In this document: positions 12,051 to 24,261 of the stretch, one piece after another
Layout of the letters: each line of letters begins with the position of its first letter
Position numbering within the stretch: the first letter of the stretch is position 1
The notes under the pieces: generated by a model
What the model was told of the DNA's origin: nothing
Databases searched by the model: none
The model's input: only the letters and a program-made list of their open reading frames with translations
Made by a program: the position numbers and the translations under genes
DNA from: Botryllus schlosseri
Lineage: Eukaryota
Direction of reading: 5' to 3'
Assembly: GCA_051294905.1 (NCBI GenBank)
Contig: CM119371.1
Location: 2,296,001 to 2,360,000 of the forward strand
DNA length: 64,000 nucleotides

Positions 12051-13970
12051 CAGTGGCGGCGCGTCCTATAGGGCAACTGGGGCATTGCCCCACCTAATAT
12101 TCTGTTCAATAACAATTCTTTACCATTTATAGACGCACACCAACCTATATATACCGAAATCACAGCGAAAATCGTATTCTTCTTGTCCTTTCGCTTGTAA
12201 ATGCCCATATATAGCGAAGTCTGTGCGAAAATCGAATTCTCTTCCGTGTTTTCGCTCTGCGAATGCCTAGCCGGGGCATGCCCCGGTAGCGCTCATAACA
12301 AGCTTTCACTGTCTATTCTCTCAAAGCCGCGCACAATAAAGAAACGGTGATTTACTCTCTCCTATTCGTAAAATGGCTGAGCAAGCGGGGCAAATATGAC
12401 TGGTCGCCCCTAAGGTGTGATGTAACAATCGTATCTATAGCTGAAATCGATTACCGTAATACGCGTTTAGTCGACCTTTGCTGGTATAGGTCGATTTTGA
12501 TGGTGTTTCACACAATGAAAACTCTTGAAACTTGGTATTTCATGTCGTGATGGTGGTATTTAACACTGCCCCATGTTTCAAGGTTTCTACTTGAAGTTTA
12601 GGGAAGTAATTCCGTTTCCGAAGTTAAGTGTGTGCTGATCCGTCATGTATCGCAAACAGATTTTACTCAAAAGCCGGTATTGGTATCCATTGATTTTGAT
12701 CATGTTCAATACTGAGATCGGTTATGAAATTTGGCACGGTAAGTCTTAATGTTAGTATCGAACGCTGTACCAAGTTTTAAGTTTGTCACTGAACTGTGTT
12801 AGTGGTAATTTCGTTTCCTAATTCGAGTGAGAGCTGACTCCTCATTTATCGCCAACAGATTATACGCAAAGCCGGTATTGGTATCTATTGATTTTAACGA
12901 TGCTCCTTACCTAGATCCGTCATAAGCTTTTGCATGGTATGTCTTGGTTTTAGTATCGAACGCTGTGCCAAGTCTCAATTTTGATACTCAGTGATTAGGG
13001 CAGTAATTTCGTTATCAAGGTCGAGTATGGTAGAGATGTGCTCCGATCTGACACTTTAGCATACAACGCATTGCGGATTTCACGCAAAAGCCGGTGTATC
13101 TGCGGTAACGTTAACTGAGATGATGATATCATTCTCAGTTTGCATTCAAATATTTACTTTGATATTATATTCTCCAATGTCAATTTCACCGTGAAATTGT
13201 GGCCTTCAAGCCATTTTCTCACAACCCACTGCTGCCAAGCGCGATAGCTATTTCGTTTGCGATGGCGGCTAACAGCTGATCACTTGATCGGCCTATTCCT
13301 CGGTGAATTTTGCGCAAAATTCGGTGTTGGTCTGTTCGCAATAATTTTGACAGTGTACCATACCGAAAATGGCCATGAGACCAGTTCTCGATGATGTCAT
13401 GTAACAGTGTACTAATTTTAAAGCTTTGATCCACGTATTTATTCGGTAATATATTTTCCCAAGGCGATTTCGCAGCAGACCTATAGACAGTAATAAAACC
13501 GTACGCGTCGTGTTACAGTCTCCAGTTTCAAGGCCAAAGTCTCCTATGCTGTACCGAGACCGAATTTCCGAGGCTGCTATTCTTAGTTCTTCAGAATGAT
13601 GTTTTGGATTCAATATGACAGGCCCAATCTATGAGATAACAATTGCGTATCTGTCCGAACTCGTCGACATTTCCAGTTAGGCTTACGCTATCTCTCGAGT
13701 TATAGTCATTTCCAGGTCTAGTGCAAACACGAACCGTGTTGAATCTTTTGTTCCGTACGCCGTTTACGCAGTTACAACACTTCAAGTCACAGCTCACCGG
13801 CGGACCTCTTGTGGCACATACGTTAAAATCACTGTTGCCGGGAAATTCATGTTACCGTACCATCATTAAGTTACTTGTTTACGTTGGAAAACGCCATTTT
13901 GACGTCATGTTAATAAAAAGTCGCTTGCAGGCCTTGCCCCATCACCCGATATTGTCACGAGCCGCCACTG
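12051..13970. mobile_element. hAT non-autonomous element (CAGTGGCGGC termini) with internal tandem repeats of about 200 bp
   Basis: TIR CAGTGGCGGCGCGT / ACGAGCCGCCACTG; perfect TSD GACTAGAG at 12043-12050 and 13971-13978; about 2.5 copies of a unit of about 200 bp at about 12600-13100. Confidence 0.9.
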
Positions 13971-16124
13971 GACTAGAGCAGGGGTTCTCAACCTGGGGGA
14001 CGTGAGAGGGTCTCAGGGGGGGCGCGAGAAATCTTTGTCAATTTTGTCAATGTCTGTATAAATTGTGACTAAACATGTGTTTCACAAGCATTCTGAAGAT
14101 ACGATTATTGAAGATTAAACTTAATTCGCATTCTAGACAGCTTGACAAACTCAAACTCCAGCAGTCGCGATCAACGGAGTATAGGCTGACTTCAACTTCA
14201 TTTGAGCTAATTATTGATATTCTTTGGAGATTTAGAGAAATTCGTACGTGCAAGCAGGGCCGTAACAGCACTTCGTCAGCCCCCCCCCCAAACGTTGGTC
14301 TCGGCCCCCCATATGGTGGTAAAGCTGCCTTCTGGGGGGCTTCGCCCCCAGACCCCCCTCCGACTATACGCTGTTTATGTGTTTACATTGGCTGTACGTT
14401 GTTTCTTCATTGGGCGTCCGTTTAGTGAGTCTGCTTTGCTTGTCTAATCGGGCGAAGCGCGAGAAATTTCTATAATTCATGAATGAATCGGTCAATATGA
14501 TCGGTATTGCTTATATATTGCTATCAATTTTTATCCTCTCTCTGCTCCCGTAATCTGATTTACCGGTAAAGCTGAATAAGGTGTGCTTGAAAAGGTATAT
14601 GACCCGTCAATAGTAATTGAACATCTCCGGGTGTATACCCGTTGGCAGGAACGAAAGAGCACTTCGTCAGGCTCCTCGTAAAACTTGAGTCTTGGGCTTC
14701 CATAGGGTGATCAACCCCCCCCCCCCCCAATCACGTTGTTCGCTTTTGCCACGAACTTACAGTTGTATTGTTCAGTTAGTCAGCGCCAAGCGCGAAAATT
14801 TTTGATAATTCATGATAAAATCGGCCAATAAGATCGAGAATATTGCATATATATTGCAATCAATTTCTTGTACTCTCTACTCACGTAATCGGATTTACCG
14901 GAAGAGCTGAGTGAGGTGTCTTTGAAACTGGAGAGCCCGTAAATAATAATTAAACATCTTCTGACGGGCGGACTCGTTGGTATGACTTCGTTACATGATG
15001 TTATTTCGTGACCTCCTGTCTGCTATATCAAAAAAATATAGAATCGCCCAAACGTACTAAACTAAAATATCACACGATTTCAAATTGGTATTTCTTCACT
15101 GGCATCTAATTTTTTCCTGTGGGATGGTATTTGTCTTGTGAGGTTCGGATTACCAAGACAGGTACATTCAGCGCCAGTCATTTAGGCGCCTACACTGTAA
15201 ATCTAAAAGGTGGAGATTTCCTCCATTAGAAGTGGTTCACCATTTTGACCATTTCTGGTGGAATGCAACTCCACCCCCCATCATGGTGGAAATACTTTCC
15301 ACCCTATATGGGGGAATACCCTCCTCCCTATATGGGGGACATACCTTCCACCCCAACCTATCTGTCAGCTGCCACAAATCTTTGCTTTATGCATAACTGC
15401 AGAATCCAATTAAAATATACAAGCATGACATTTCATGCATTTTATTATGCGTATTCAAACAGTCATTACTATAGGGTTACCATATTACAGAATCGAAAAA
15501 GGAGGACAATTTTACCAATTCAGGAAAGTTAGTTGATCAAGACTGACAGCCGATTTTGCTATTTTTTGCTGGAAAACTTTTGGTGTTAAATGAAACCGAC
15601 GAGTCCAGAATTACCATATTTTTACTTAAATTTAGTCGTGTTGACTAAAATAAAAAGTCGGCACAGACAATCGACTTCGAATGACCCGCTCGAGCCTCCG
15701 TATGGTAACCCTACATAACTATGATGACAGTTCCATTGTTTATGGCAACATATTGGTAGCCCTCACAAGATTTGTCAGCTCTACGCCAGGCAGCTTTAGC
15801 AGGTATGACGAAAGGCACGTGAGAGTGTGCTTGATATTCTTCTGAAACTGTTCAATATCCAATGAGCTGCGATCAGAAGAGCAAGTGTTTCATCAAAACT
15901 TTCAATGTTTTTTGAGAAGACGATTCCATCCAAGTGCAGGCTCCATTGCGAATTGTAGACCATCGTTGGATATGGAGGGATAGAAACCTGAAAGATATAT
16001 CATATTACTATGAAATCTTCGGACTTCAGATCATTATGATATCGAGATAGGCTTAGCACATAGGACAATTTATATTACCACTGCTCAAGTTATAAACATG
16101 AATTTGTGTCACAAAATGTTGCTC

Positions 16125-16457
16125 ATTTGATTTATGCTTTTAAAAATATCTTGTCACCAGTCTGTCTGCTGCAATGAAGTATATTTCAATCTCATGAGCC
16201 CCAATCCATTACTTAAGCTATGCGCGACGCCTGTACCAGGTCTACTGAAGCTTGCCACTTTCTATTGCTAGAAGTTGTAACGGCATAAAAGAAATATGGA
16301 TTGATTTGATTTTGAAACACTGGTTTACCATTATGGTCATTTACAACAGGCCGGTGTTCCTTATTTTTTAATCCGTATTTGCCGACTTGTAGCACGGCTC
16401 ACTTCTAGGATTCTTGTAAGACACCGCTTACGCGGATAAGATGGCGAGGTAGAAACC
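16125..16457 (-). mobile_element. 5'-truncated SINE related to 47446-47706
   Basis: The reverse complement of about 16335-16457 aligns with the SINE body (CTCGCCA..T.ATCCGCGT.AGCGGTGTCTTA...GCCGTGCTA.AAGTCGGCA); left end approximate. Confidence 0.65.
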
Positions 16458-16700
16458 AGACTTGTACAAACTACTGAATTTTCAAAATCAGCAACTAGAA
16501 CTACAACTACTGAATTTTCAAAATCACTAACTTGAGCTACAACTACCGAATTTTCAATATCAGCAACTAACTACAACTACTGAATTTTCAAAATCCGCAA
16601 CTAGAACTACAACCACTGAATTTTCAAAATCAGCAATTAGAACTACAACCAATCGAAAAAACGATAGCTAGCTGACCATCGACTAACCAACTGTTTAGTT
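16458..16700. repeat. CAGACTTGTACAAAC MITE family with about five 36-bp tandem units (ACTAGAACTACAACTACTGAATTTTCAAAATCAGCA)
   Basis: Direct tandem units are visible; relatives at about 8355-8610, 47140-47330, 61190-61890 and 62662-62812. Confidence 0.75.
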
Positions 16701-17287
16701 TTAACAATGTATATTATACACCATCTATCTACGAACAGCTTACCTCTCCAATATGAAGAAAATTGTCGTATCCTTCTCCAAAAATGGTTGTTATACCAGC
16801 ACGCCAATCCAACACTCCATCACCTATAAAGCAGACACAGGTTATTAGAACTATCGATGATCACTTCTAGCATTCCGATATTTATTTTGAACGCGTGTAA
16901 TTTTCGGAAATGAATCCGACTGTAACTGGCTGACTGTAGCTGGTACGAGACTATGTTATTGTGAAAGTCACGATTATTGGTGCGGCGCAAGTCAAACAAG
17001 TTTCTACAATTGCATCTCAACGGCAGAAGTTAGAGAGCCACTGCACTTGCATTTATTCGAAAAAGTTGTTAGCGGAAAAATTGCAATGCCACACAATTTC
17101 ATGAAATAATACTCTCACCTAGTAATCCTTGTATAGTCTCGGGAACTTTAGGCCACTTCATTTTGGCCTGAGCTATATTGTACCGGCTCTCTGTTGTGCA
17201 CTTCCCATCACGGTTTCAGCCTCTTTCAACATCTTAATATACATAAGATATGATACTCACGTGGCCATGACAATTTATACTATAGAC

Positions 17288-18015
17288 CAGTTGTCACCAA
17301 CACGCGGCCCGCGACTTGATTTAAGATTTCGGAAGAAAGCTAAGAAAACATTTCAAAATGCTGAAATTGGCGTGTAATGGCCGAAACACTGCGAAGACCA
17401 AGGAGCATAGAAAACAGCTCAAGGCAATGGTTCTGAAAGTGGGGGCGCGTCCTCTAGTGGGGGCTTTAAAGCATTTGAAGGGGCGCGGAGCTGCGGTCAA
17501 CTGAATTATTTTTGCGCTCTGCGCGATTTACCTCGATTTCATAGTTATAGTTATTGCTCTGTGTATAGTCCCGAATTCATATTATAGAATCCTCTCATCA
17601 ACATTCATAACCATCCACGCCGTTAAACTATCCGATTGCTGACAGTATGGGTACATTTTGTGATATGACGATAAGAAGGGCAGGCGAAATATTTCAGTGT
17701 CATAAAGGTTTGAGAACCACTGGCTTAGGGTTTCCCCACAAGATCAGCGTTCCCAGGTATCGTGCACAGCTCAGAGTTCAAAATAAAATGAAATTGATGC
17801 CAGTGATGTTTTGTTGTGTTTTTATTCCTTCATTAAAATATTACTTCTTTTGTGGTCACTATGTCCATCGCCTATGTTAGGTAGCACAGCGTTGTACTGA
17901 CGTAGAGTTCCAAGTCGTGGTTGCCTACTTTATATCGATTTTGGATTCATGCGGCCCGCGGCCGCTACGAAATTTGAAAAGTGGCCCGCGACCCGTTTTG
18001 AGTTGGCGACCCCTG
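17288..18015. mobile_element. hAT Charlie-type MITE containing a second Charlie-type MITE (17425-17722)
   Basis: Outer termini CAGTTGTCACCAAC / GTTGGCGACCCCTG with perfect TSD CTATAGAC; inner termini CAATGGTTCTGAAA / TTTGAGAACCACTG with TSD GCTCAAGG/GCTTAGGG. Confidence 0.8.
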
Positions 18016-21000
18016 CTATAGACTATTGTACATCCTGGAAAATTAAAGTTCAACTAGCTCATCTTAAAACCAAGATATAAATTAACTGGACTTACAACCC
18101 TGGCTCTTTTGCATCTAGAGCTGCTGGCTCCTTCTTCCTCAATCACATTCTTTCGTTTTGTACCATGCTTCTGCTTCATCTGATTCACCAATTCAGCTTC
18201 CAAATGTCTTCGATAGTCCTTGAACTTCTGCCTCAAGGCAATATGCCGCGAGCCCTGAATTTGCAAATATTGTTGGACTTAACTCTGCAGAGAGTACTAT
18301 TACTAAAAGCAAGGAAAAACCTCTAAACAGTCCGCAAAGTCTAAAAATCGGCATTGTTTCAACAATGGCAGCGCCACGACACAATGAACATAACAATGGG
18401 TGGTTTGAGGTGGTTCTATTGCATTGACTCGATAAGCGATTTTTGGGTGACTCGACTTGAATTTAGTCTTTTTTTTTCAAATATGTTAAATGACTCGACT
18501 CGAATCAATTTTTCATTGCATCTACGAAGAATAGTTATTTCGAGTACGAGTCCTGATACTTGGCAAAATAGGGCCAGAAACTGTTAAGACTGAGGAAAAT
18601 TACTGTATTCTGGATGCGAGCCAATTACACAAGCAGAATTGATAAAATGTGGATTGAGCTAAAAACCGAACCGAACATTGAACATACGGTAACGACTTGG
18701 ACTCGGCTTATCTTGTAGGTATTCTGGAATTGTGGCTATTGCCTTCAGAACTACATTGAAGCTACGTACAGTGTACGGGTATAGTCATGGCAAAAGAGAC
18801 CATAGGCGACGACTTACGAGGTGGCGCAAGTTCGGACATTTTCATTTGCGAAAACTGTCGCCGAGGCTGCGTAATACCAGCACGTATTTAATTGTTCACC
18901 AGACATCAGGGACTCACTAATTGGCAGCGCTTCCGGCCTCTTTGGCAAGCTTATCATACGCCAAAAATCGTCAACAAGAATAGATTATATGATCGTCATT
19001 TACACATATGTTTGTTTCTCTAACAAGGCTTTGTCAGTGACATTAATCGGCAAATGCAGCGAAACAGCTTACACACCAATAGAATGAGGAAACAATTGTC
19101 GCGACGAAAGCTACTCAATATTATGTTAGACTCAGAACCCATTCGTGGCGAAACTCATTTGCCAACATCTATATTTCTTGTTATCTGCTTGATACATTCG
19201 TGCTCTGAAATAGGCCACGTGCGCAAGATGTCGTGTGTCGCTAGCCTAAGCTATCGTGCCGCCGACCTCACAGTCTCACTATCTACTCCCGTTCAGAGAC
19301 AATCCAGTTAATTGTATTATGATTAGCGATCATTATGTCACCATTGTTCGACAGTGATATCGCAAAACAGAACATCATCGAATACTAAACCGCAACTATT
19401 CATGTACTCATGTACTACGAATGCAGGGTGCGTACTATACACGGGTACAGGCTTTTCCCCAGAATATAAACGTCATTTTAAGGGTGTGTATCATACATGG
19501 GGGCGCACTATATTCGGAAAATTACGGTATTAGTCCGGAATTCACCGGTAACGGGCAAGGACAGTATACTATGGATATCTGGCGTCCACATAGCGTATTA
19601 TGACTATGACCATTGCCCACGACTGAAGTTACATGCAGCTCACCTAGCTGGAATTTTCTTCATTATTGTCTTTCAAAACTGTAGAGTTTTTTGATAATGC
19701 CAAGCATACTTCTCGATACTGATGCGCAGTGGTGTACCTGTTAGATAGATCCGCATATAGTTACCTGATATCTATCCAAACTAACGAAATGCATGCACGA
19801 GTTTTAAAACAAAATAGGATGGATGAATTGAATGGAATTATACTTATAAGGTATATCGCAAAGGATCTTCAAAGATAATTGTCTTGATCTCTTTTCTCAG
19901 ACTTTATGGAATTACAATATTACCAGCGCTCCCATGCACCAAGTATTGACAAAAAGCTGGGATGTCGTAGACCACAGGCCATCGTTGTTGTGAACGTTAA
20001 AGTGATGATTCAACTGGATCATCCGTCACAATAGATTCAGATGAAACCAGTTATGATTCAACTGAATCATCCATTACATTACGTTCAGATGAATCCACAG
20101 TTAGGGAGTCGCTAGTGATGCTGCTGTCGCAAACGCTTGGTACATTTTCTAGGAAAATTACGTATAGAGGTGAAGAAATTGATAATTGAAGCCAAGCCTA
20201 AACTTACCGGTAACAGGAACTCTAATTCGATCATTGCCTTTTACATCAGCATCAGACAGATCAAATAAATCAGTAAACTCCTTATCATAACACTGAATAT
20301 TCAAGAATTTCGGCGCCAAATCAAATTTTAGTGCAGCAGATGATGGTATATCTTTTTTTGTGGACGCAGTAATGATCTTGTTGTCGGTATTGAATGTAAC
20401 TAAGTCTCATAATTATTTAGGACTGAAATCACAAGTTACAATTAGATATCAGAAGAGTTCCTTTCATTCAAACAAGATCTATCCTTGCAACAGTTATAAT
20501 GAAAATACAAATTCAAAATATGCAGCTACTGATGGTAAAACTAAATACAGAGCCAGTTTGAATACCGTACCCAATTGCTCTATCTATGGTATGCATGAAT
20601 ATGAGTATGTACTCATCCCAGCTAATTTCTTGCATTATAATCACCCGTTGGCTTACTTGAATTACCTTCCCACCAAACAAGATATCATCTCGTCTCTCAG
20701 GTACTGCTAAACTGCTTATGGCAATGGCAAGTTCATTAAATTTTCAGTCACGAGCGATACCGGTACTTCATACGAAATCGATTAGGCAGATGACATCACT
20801 TATGAACTAAAATCAACGATAATCATAATTGTGATTAACTCAAAATCAATGAATATAGATATATTTTTCTGTCGACTGACGACGCAGAGCGCGCATCCCC
20901 GTATACAACAGGGGTTAAACCCGCTCAGAGGCCAAACGCCAGACGCCAAACGCCGCGCGGCGGCCGAATGTCTATACGGCGTTTGGCGTCTGGTATTCTG

Positions 21001-21469
21001 AGACGCCGAGTAGCTATACGGCGTTTGGCGTCTGTTATGTTCAGACGCCGAGTAGCTATACGGCGTTTGGTGTCCGTTCAGACGCCGAGTAGCTATACAG
21101 CGTTCGGCATCTGGTATGTTGAGAATAGGGTTTGATTTGAAGGTTGAGGCTTGAACAGGAGTTGATCTGGCTGCTTGAGAACATACACGTTTCGTATTAG
21201 ACAGATCGTCAGTCGCGTTACTGCAGCTACTGCATGATTTGTTGCTGGGAACTTAACCACCGCTAGAAGATTACAGTATGTGACGTGTAAAGTAACAAGA
21301 TATTTTATTGTTTTCTAGTATACTTAGTTAGTGATTGATTCTAGACTAGACTGAAACAGCTGCAAAATCCTTTGTATCTCCACTTCACGTATGCTGTGGT
21401 AAATCAACAGATCGCGTCACTGAGATCGTATTCAAGAAACACCTAAAATTTCGTTTCCATATTACTCCG

Positions 21470-22877
21470 CAAAATTCTACACAACACAAGTATACTCCAA
21501 ATGATCTTCGGTTGTGAGAAGGATTGATGTTCAAAAAGATGAATGAAATTGTGGAGTACTTGCTTTGAAGGTTTGTGATGCGTTCAATCATTGAGATTTT
21601 AGAAAATTGATTTGCAATCTACTTTCACGTAATAGGCCGCCGAACTCTATCCGATGCGAACCTGGATTTTGATCATTCTCGACGAGCTCGCGAAAGCTAC
21701 CGCCAGCAGTTTGGTCAAATCTTGCTTGATGCGACGGGTATGTTAGTCAATGTCAGATTGAAACCATTTTAAATACGTAGCATGTTTTGCATGCAGATGA
21801 AAAAGAATTGGGAGATTATTGCATTGAATGCAGTAGTTCGAACCCAATAAAAAAGACATGAAATTGGTAGGGGAGATGTGGTACCGATGAGACAGTGGGA
21901 CCGAAAATACTTGAAAAATTATCTGAGATAATCCTATGATTACAGTACGCGAATTTGTCTACAAATGCATGCTGGCAGAATCTTTCACACTAACAAACCA
22001 GCCCTTATTTTTAATGTGAAGTGTAGGGCTTGTAGCAGGGTATACTATATAATGCCACATCTTTTTTAATTCAATACCATCCTCGAGTTGACTATTTTCA
22101 ATTCAATTACAATATTTATCGGGTGGGGGGCCTATGGTACCATAACCAAATCAAGCAAAATGTTTGAATCAACTAATCACTTAACAACAGAAACACGCCT
22201 ACACATATAGAGGCTGCAAATCATAGTTTCCTGTGATGTTTTATCGCTATAACGAGGTATTTGAACGTCAAAATGTCGATTTACGAGTAATATATATGTG
22301 CCAATAATTTTGTTATTTTGGACGTAAATCGAAAGGTGATTTTACTCCAACATTTGAGTTGATATAATCAAATAATCTATTTTATTCTTGAAGGTGGCGA
22401 CGAAACATTCTTCATTGACTTGCTGTAGCTTAGATTATATTACAAAACAAAACAACATGAAAAATTTGAGTTTTTGAACGTCTGTCTCATAGGTCCCATG
22501 GTCGTCTGCCTTTGGACCCATCCGTGGGGACCAATGATGTGTTTGAGCAACAAATTTTGAACGTTCTTAAATATTTATGAAAAACGGATATTCATGTAAA
22601 TGTCCGAGATACGTAGAGCTTGCATCAAAGTGTTGAACCAGCAAAAGATATATTCTCGGCTGAAGATTTGAGGGCCAGAGATCATTTTGCAATTTTTGAT
22701 CCATCGGCACCACATCTCCCCTATGCAATTACGAGATTACATTTGTCAGGTATATTGATTCTAACTTGTTTCCAGGTTGCGTGTGACGGCTGTGGTCGAT
22801 GGACGCACGAGCACTGTTGCCCGGGACAGCAGATACCTGATCCTGATTTTTATTGCATGCTATGTACCCAGATGTAA
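21470..22877 (+). pseudogene. Ulp1/SENP (C48) protease C-terminus plus PHD finger, spliced and decayed (exons about 21470-21570, 21636-21737, 21797-21866, 22776-22877)
   Basis: Translates to IDVQKDE*NCGVLALK | AAELY..DFDHSRRARESYRQQFGQILLDAT | DEKELGDYCIEC.. | VACDGCGRWTHEHC..DFYCMLC*: a Q-x-D-x-x-N-C-G catalytic Cys motif and a C4-H-C3 ligand pattern; short GT-AG introns. Confidence 0.8.
21870..22721. mobile_element. TA-flanked MITE (Tc1/mariner/pogo-like target)
   Basis: TIR GGGGAGATGTGGTACCGATG / CATCGGCACCACATCTCCCC (1 mismatch in 20); TA on both sides. Confidence 0.85.
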
Positions 22878-22904
22878 ATTCTGATGTTAATATATTTATT
22901 GGGG

Positions 22905-23150
22905 ACATTTTACTGTGGTTTCGTTGCGTATTTACTAATGATTTGTACTGTGGTTCCATTGCTTATTTCTCGGTCACTTTTACTGTGGATCCACTGCTGA
23001 TTTCTCAATGACGTTTACTGTGGTTCTATATCTTATTTCTCTGTGACTTCTACTGTGGTTCCACTGTGACTTTTTCTGTGGTTTCGTTGCTTGTTTCTTA
23101 TTTACTGTGGTTTCGTTGCTTGTTTCTTGATAATTTTTACTGTGGTATTC
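22905..23150 (+). repeat. Degenerate minisatellite of about 32 bp (TTTACTGTGGTT core)
   Basis: About eight ACTGTGG-containing units directly after the PHD stop codon. Confidence 0.7.
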
Positions 23151-23430
23151 GTTGCATATTTCTTATTATGGTTTCATTACATACTGTATCTACAGACTTG
23201 GGTCTGAAATTCATTGCGAGTGTACAGATATAGTGTTGGGATCAAGTCACTACCTTCGAGTCACGAGTCATTTCGAGTCATTGCGCATTTTGGCTCGAGT
23301 GAAGTCAATCGACTTCGACTCGAGTCAAGTCATTTTAGCTAAGTGAATCGAGTCGATTCAAGTCATACGAAAAAGGTGACTTGAGTCAAGTCATGACTCG
23401 AGTCATCCCAACACTGATATGGGGTGGTGA

Positions 23431-23800
23431 CAGGGTTGGAACCAAGTCAATTTGACTCGAGTCATTTTCAATTCACCACCGAGTCAAGTCCGAGAGCAAT
23501 GGGTTGAGTCCAAGTCATGGTGTTTAATGTTCCCCCATCCAGTTCAGCTTTAGGTCACTTCTGTGGAACTCTCGGGGGTGATATCGAAGGCCTCGGATAA
23601 TTAATATATTCATTTTTTCCCACTCTGAACATGTTTACTGTAACAGATAAAAGACAGGTTTAGGGCATATTTTTCATTTATTAGTCCTGATATACCATTC
23701 ATGAATAAGCCATAGAATGAGTAAATCCAATTTTAAGAAAATAACTCAGGTCAGCAAAAATATTGTGAGTTGAGTCATGACTCGATTCATTGCAACTCTG
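23431..23800 (+). mobile_element. GACTCGAGTC-family hAT MITE
   Basis: Termini CAGGGTTGGAA / TTGCAACTCTG; perfect TSD GGTGGTGA at 23423-23430 and 23801-23808. Confidence 0.85.
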
Positions 23801-23967
23801 GGTGGTGATACAATAATTCTAAACTGCTGAACATACAATCATTTGGGATTCTGCCAAAGCTTATTATGAAAAAAACGTAACAATATGCAATCTTCGGTAT
23901 CATATAGTTGCGAGAACATAATAGTCGCGCCATGAAAGGATTTAGCCTCTGCTCAGTTTACCGAGAT

Positions 23968-24261
23968 ACCAGACGCCAAACGCCGTATAGCTACTCGGCG
24001 TCTGAACATAACAGACGCCAAACGCCGTATAGCCACTCGGCGTCTGAACATAACAGACGCCAAACGCCGTATAGCTACTCGGCGTCTGAACGTAACAGAC
24101 GCCAAACGCCGTATAGCTACTCGGCGTCTCACCATATCAGACGCCAAACGCCGTATAGCTACTTGGCGTCTCAGAAAACCAGACGCCAAACGCCGTATAG
24201 ACATTCGGCCGCCGCTCGGCGTTTGGCGTCTGGCGTTTGGCCTCTGAGCGGGTTTAACCCC
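23968..24261. repeat. 42-bp tandem array (AGACGCCAAACGCCGTATAGCTACTCGGCGTCTGAACATAAC) forming the right inverted-repeat arm
   Basis: About 5.5 units; mirrored by about 3.5 inverted units at 20911-21115. Confidence 0.9.

Larger units (their letters stand above)
15740..20410 (-). pseudogene. Spliced Samd3-like transposon accessory gene, decayed (exons about 20410-20208, 20148-19848, 19737-19644, 18284-18096, 16823-16744, 15987-15740)
   Basis: Exons mostly bounded by GT-AG translate to MR-LVTFNTDNKII...IQCYDKEFTDLFDL; RWPVVYDIPAF...RKEIKTIIFEDPLRYTL; Y.TAHQYREVCLAL; LRQKFKDYRRHL; PTMVYNSQWSLHLDG...LALLIAAHWILN. The motif order matches Samd3-like proteins as I recall them. Contains stops, frameshifts and one GT>AT donor. 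Confidence 0.75.

Noticed and set aside
20360..20710. ORF with YEYVLIPAN resembling a Ulp1 strand
   Set aside because: It lies outside the foldback element, overlaps the Samd3-like start on the other strand, and lacks the HW motif.
20911..24261. CRISPR-like regularly spaced palindromic repeats
   Set aside because: There are no unique spacers and no cas genes, the context is eukaryotic, and the arrays are mirrored arms of one element with a TSD.
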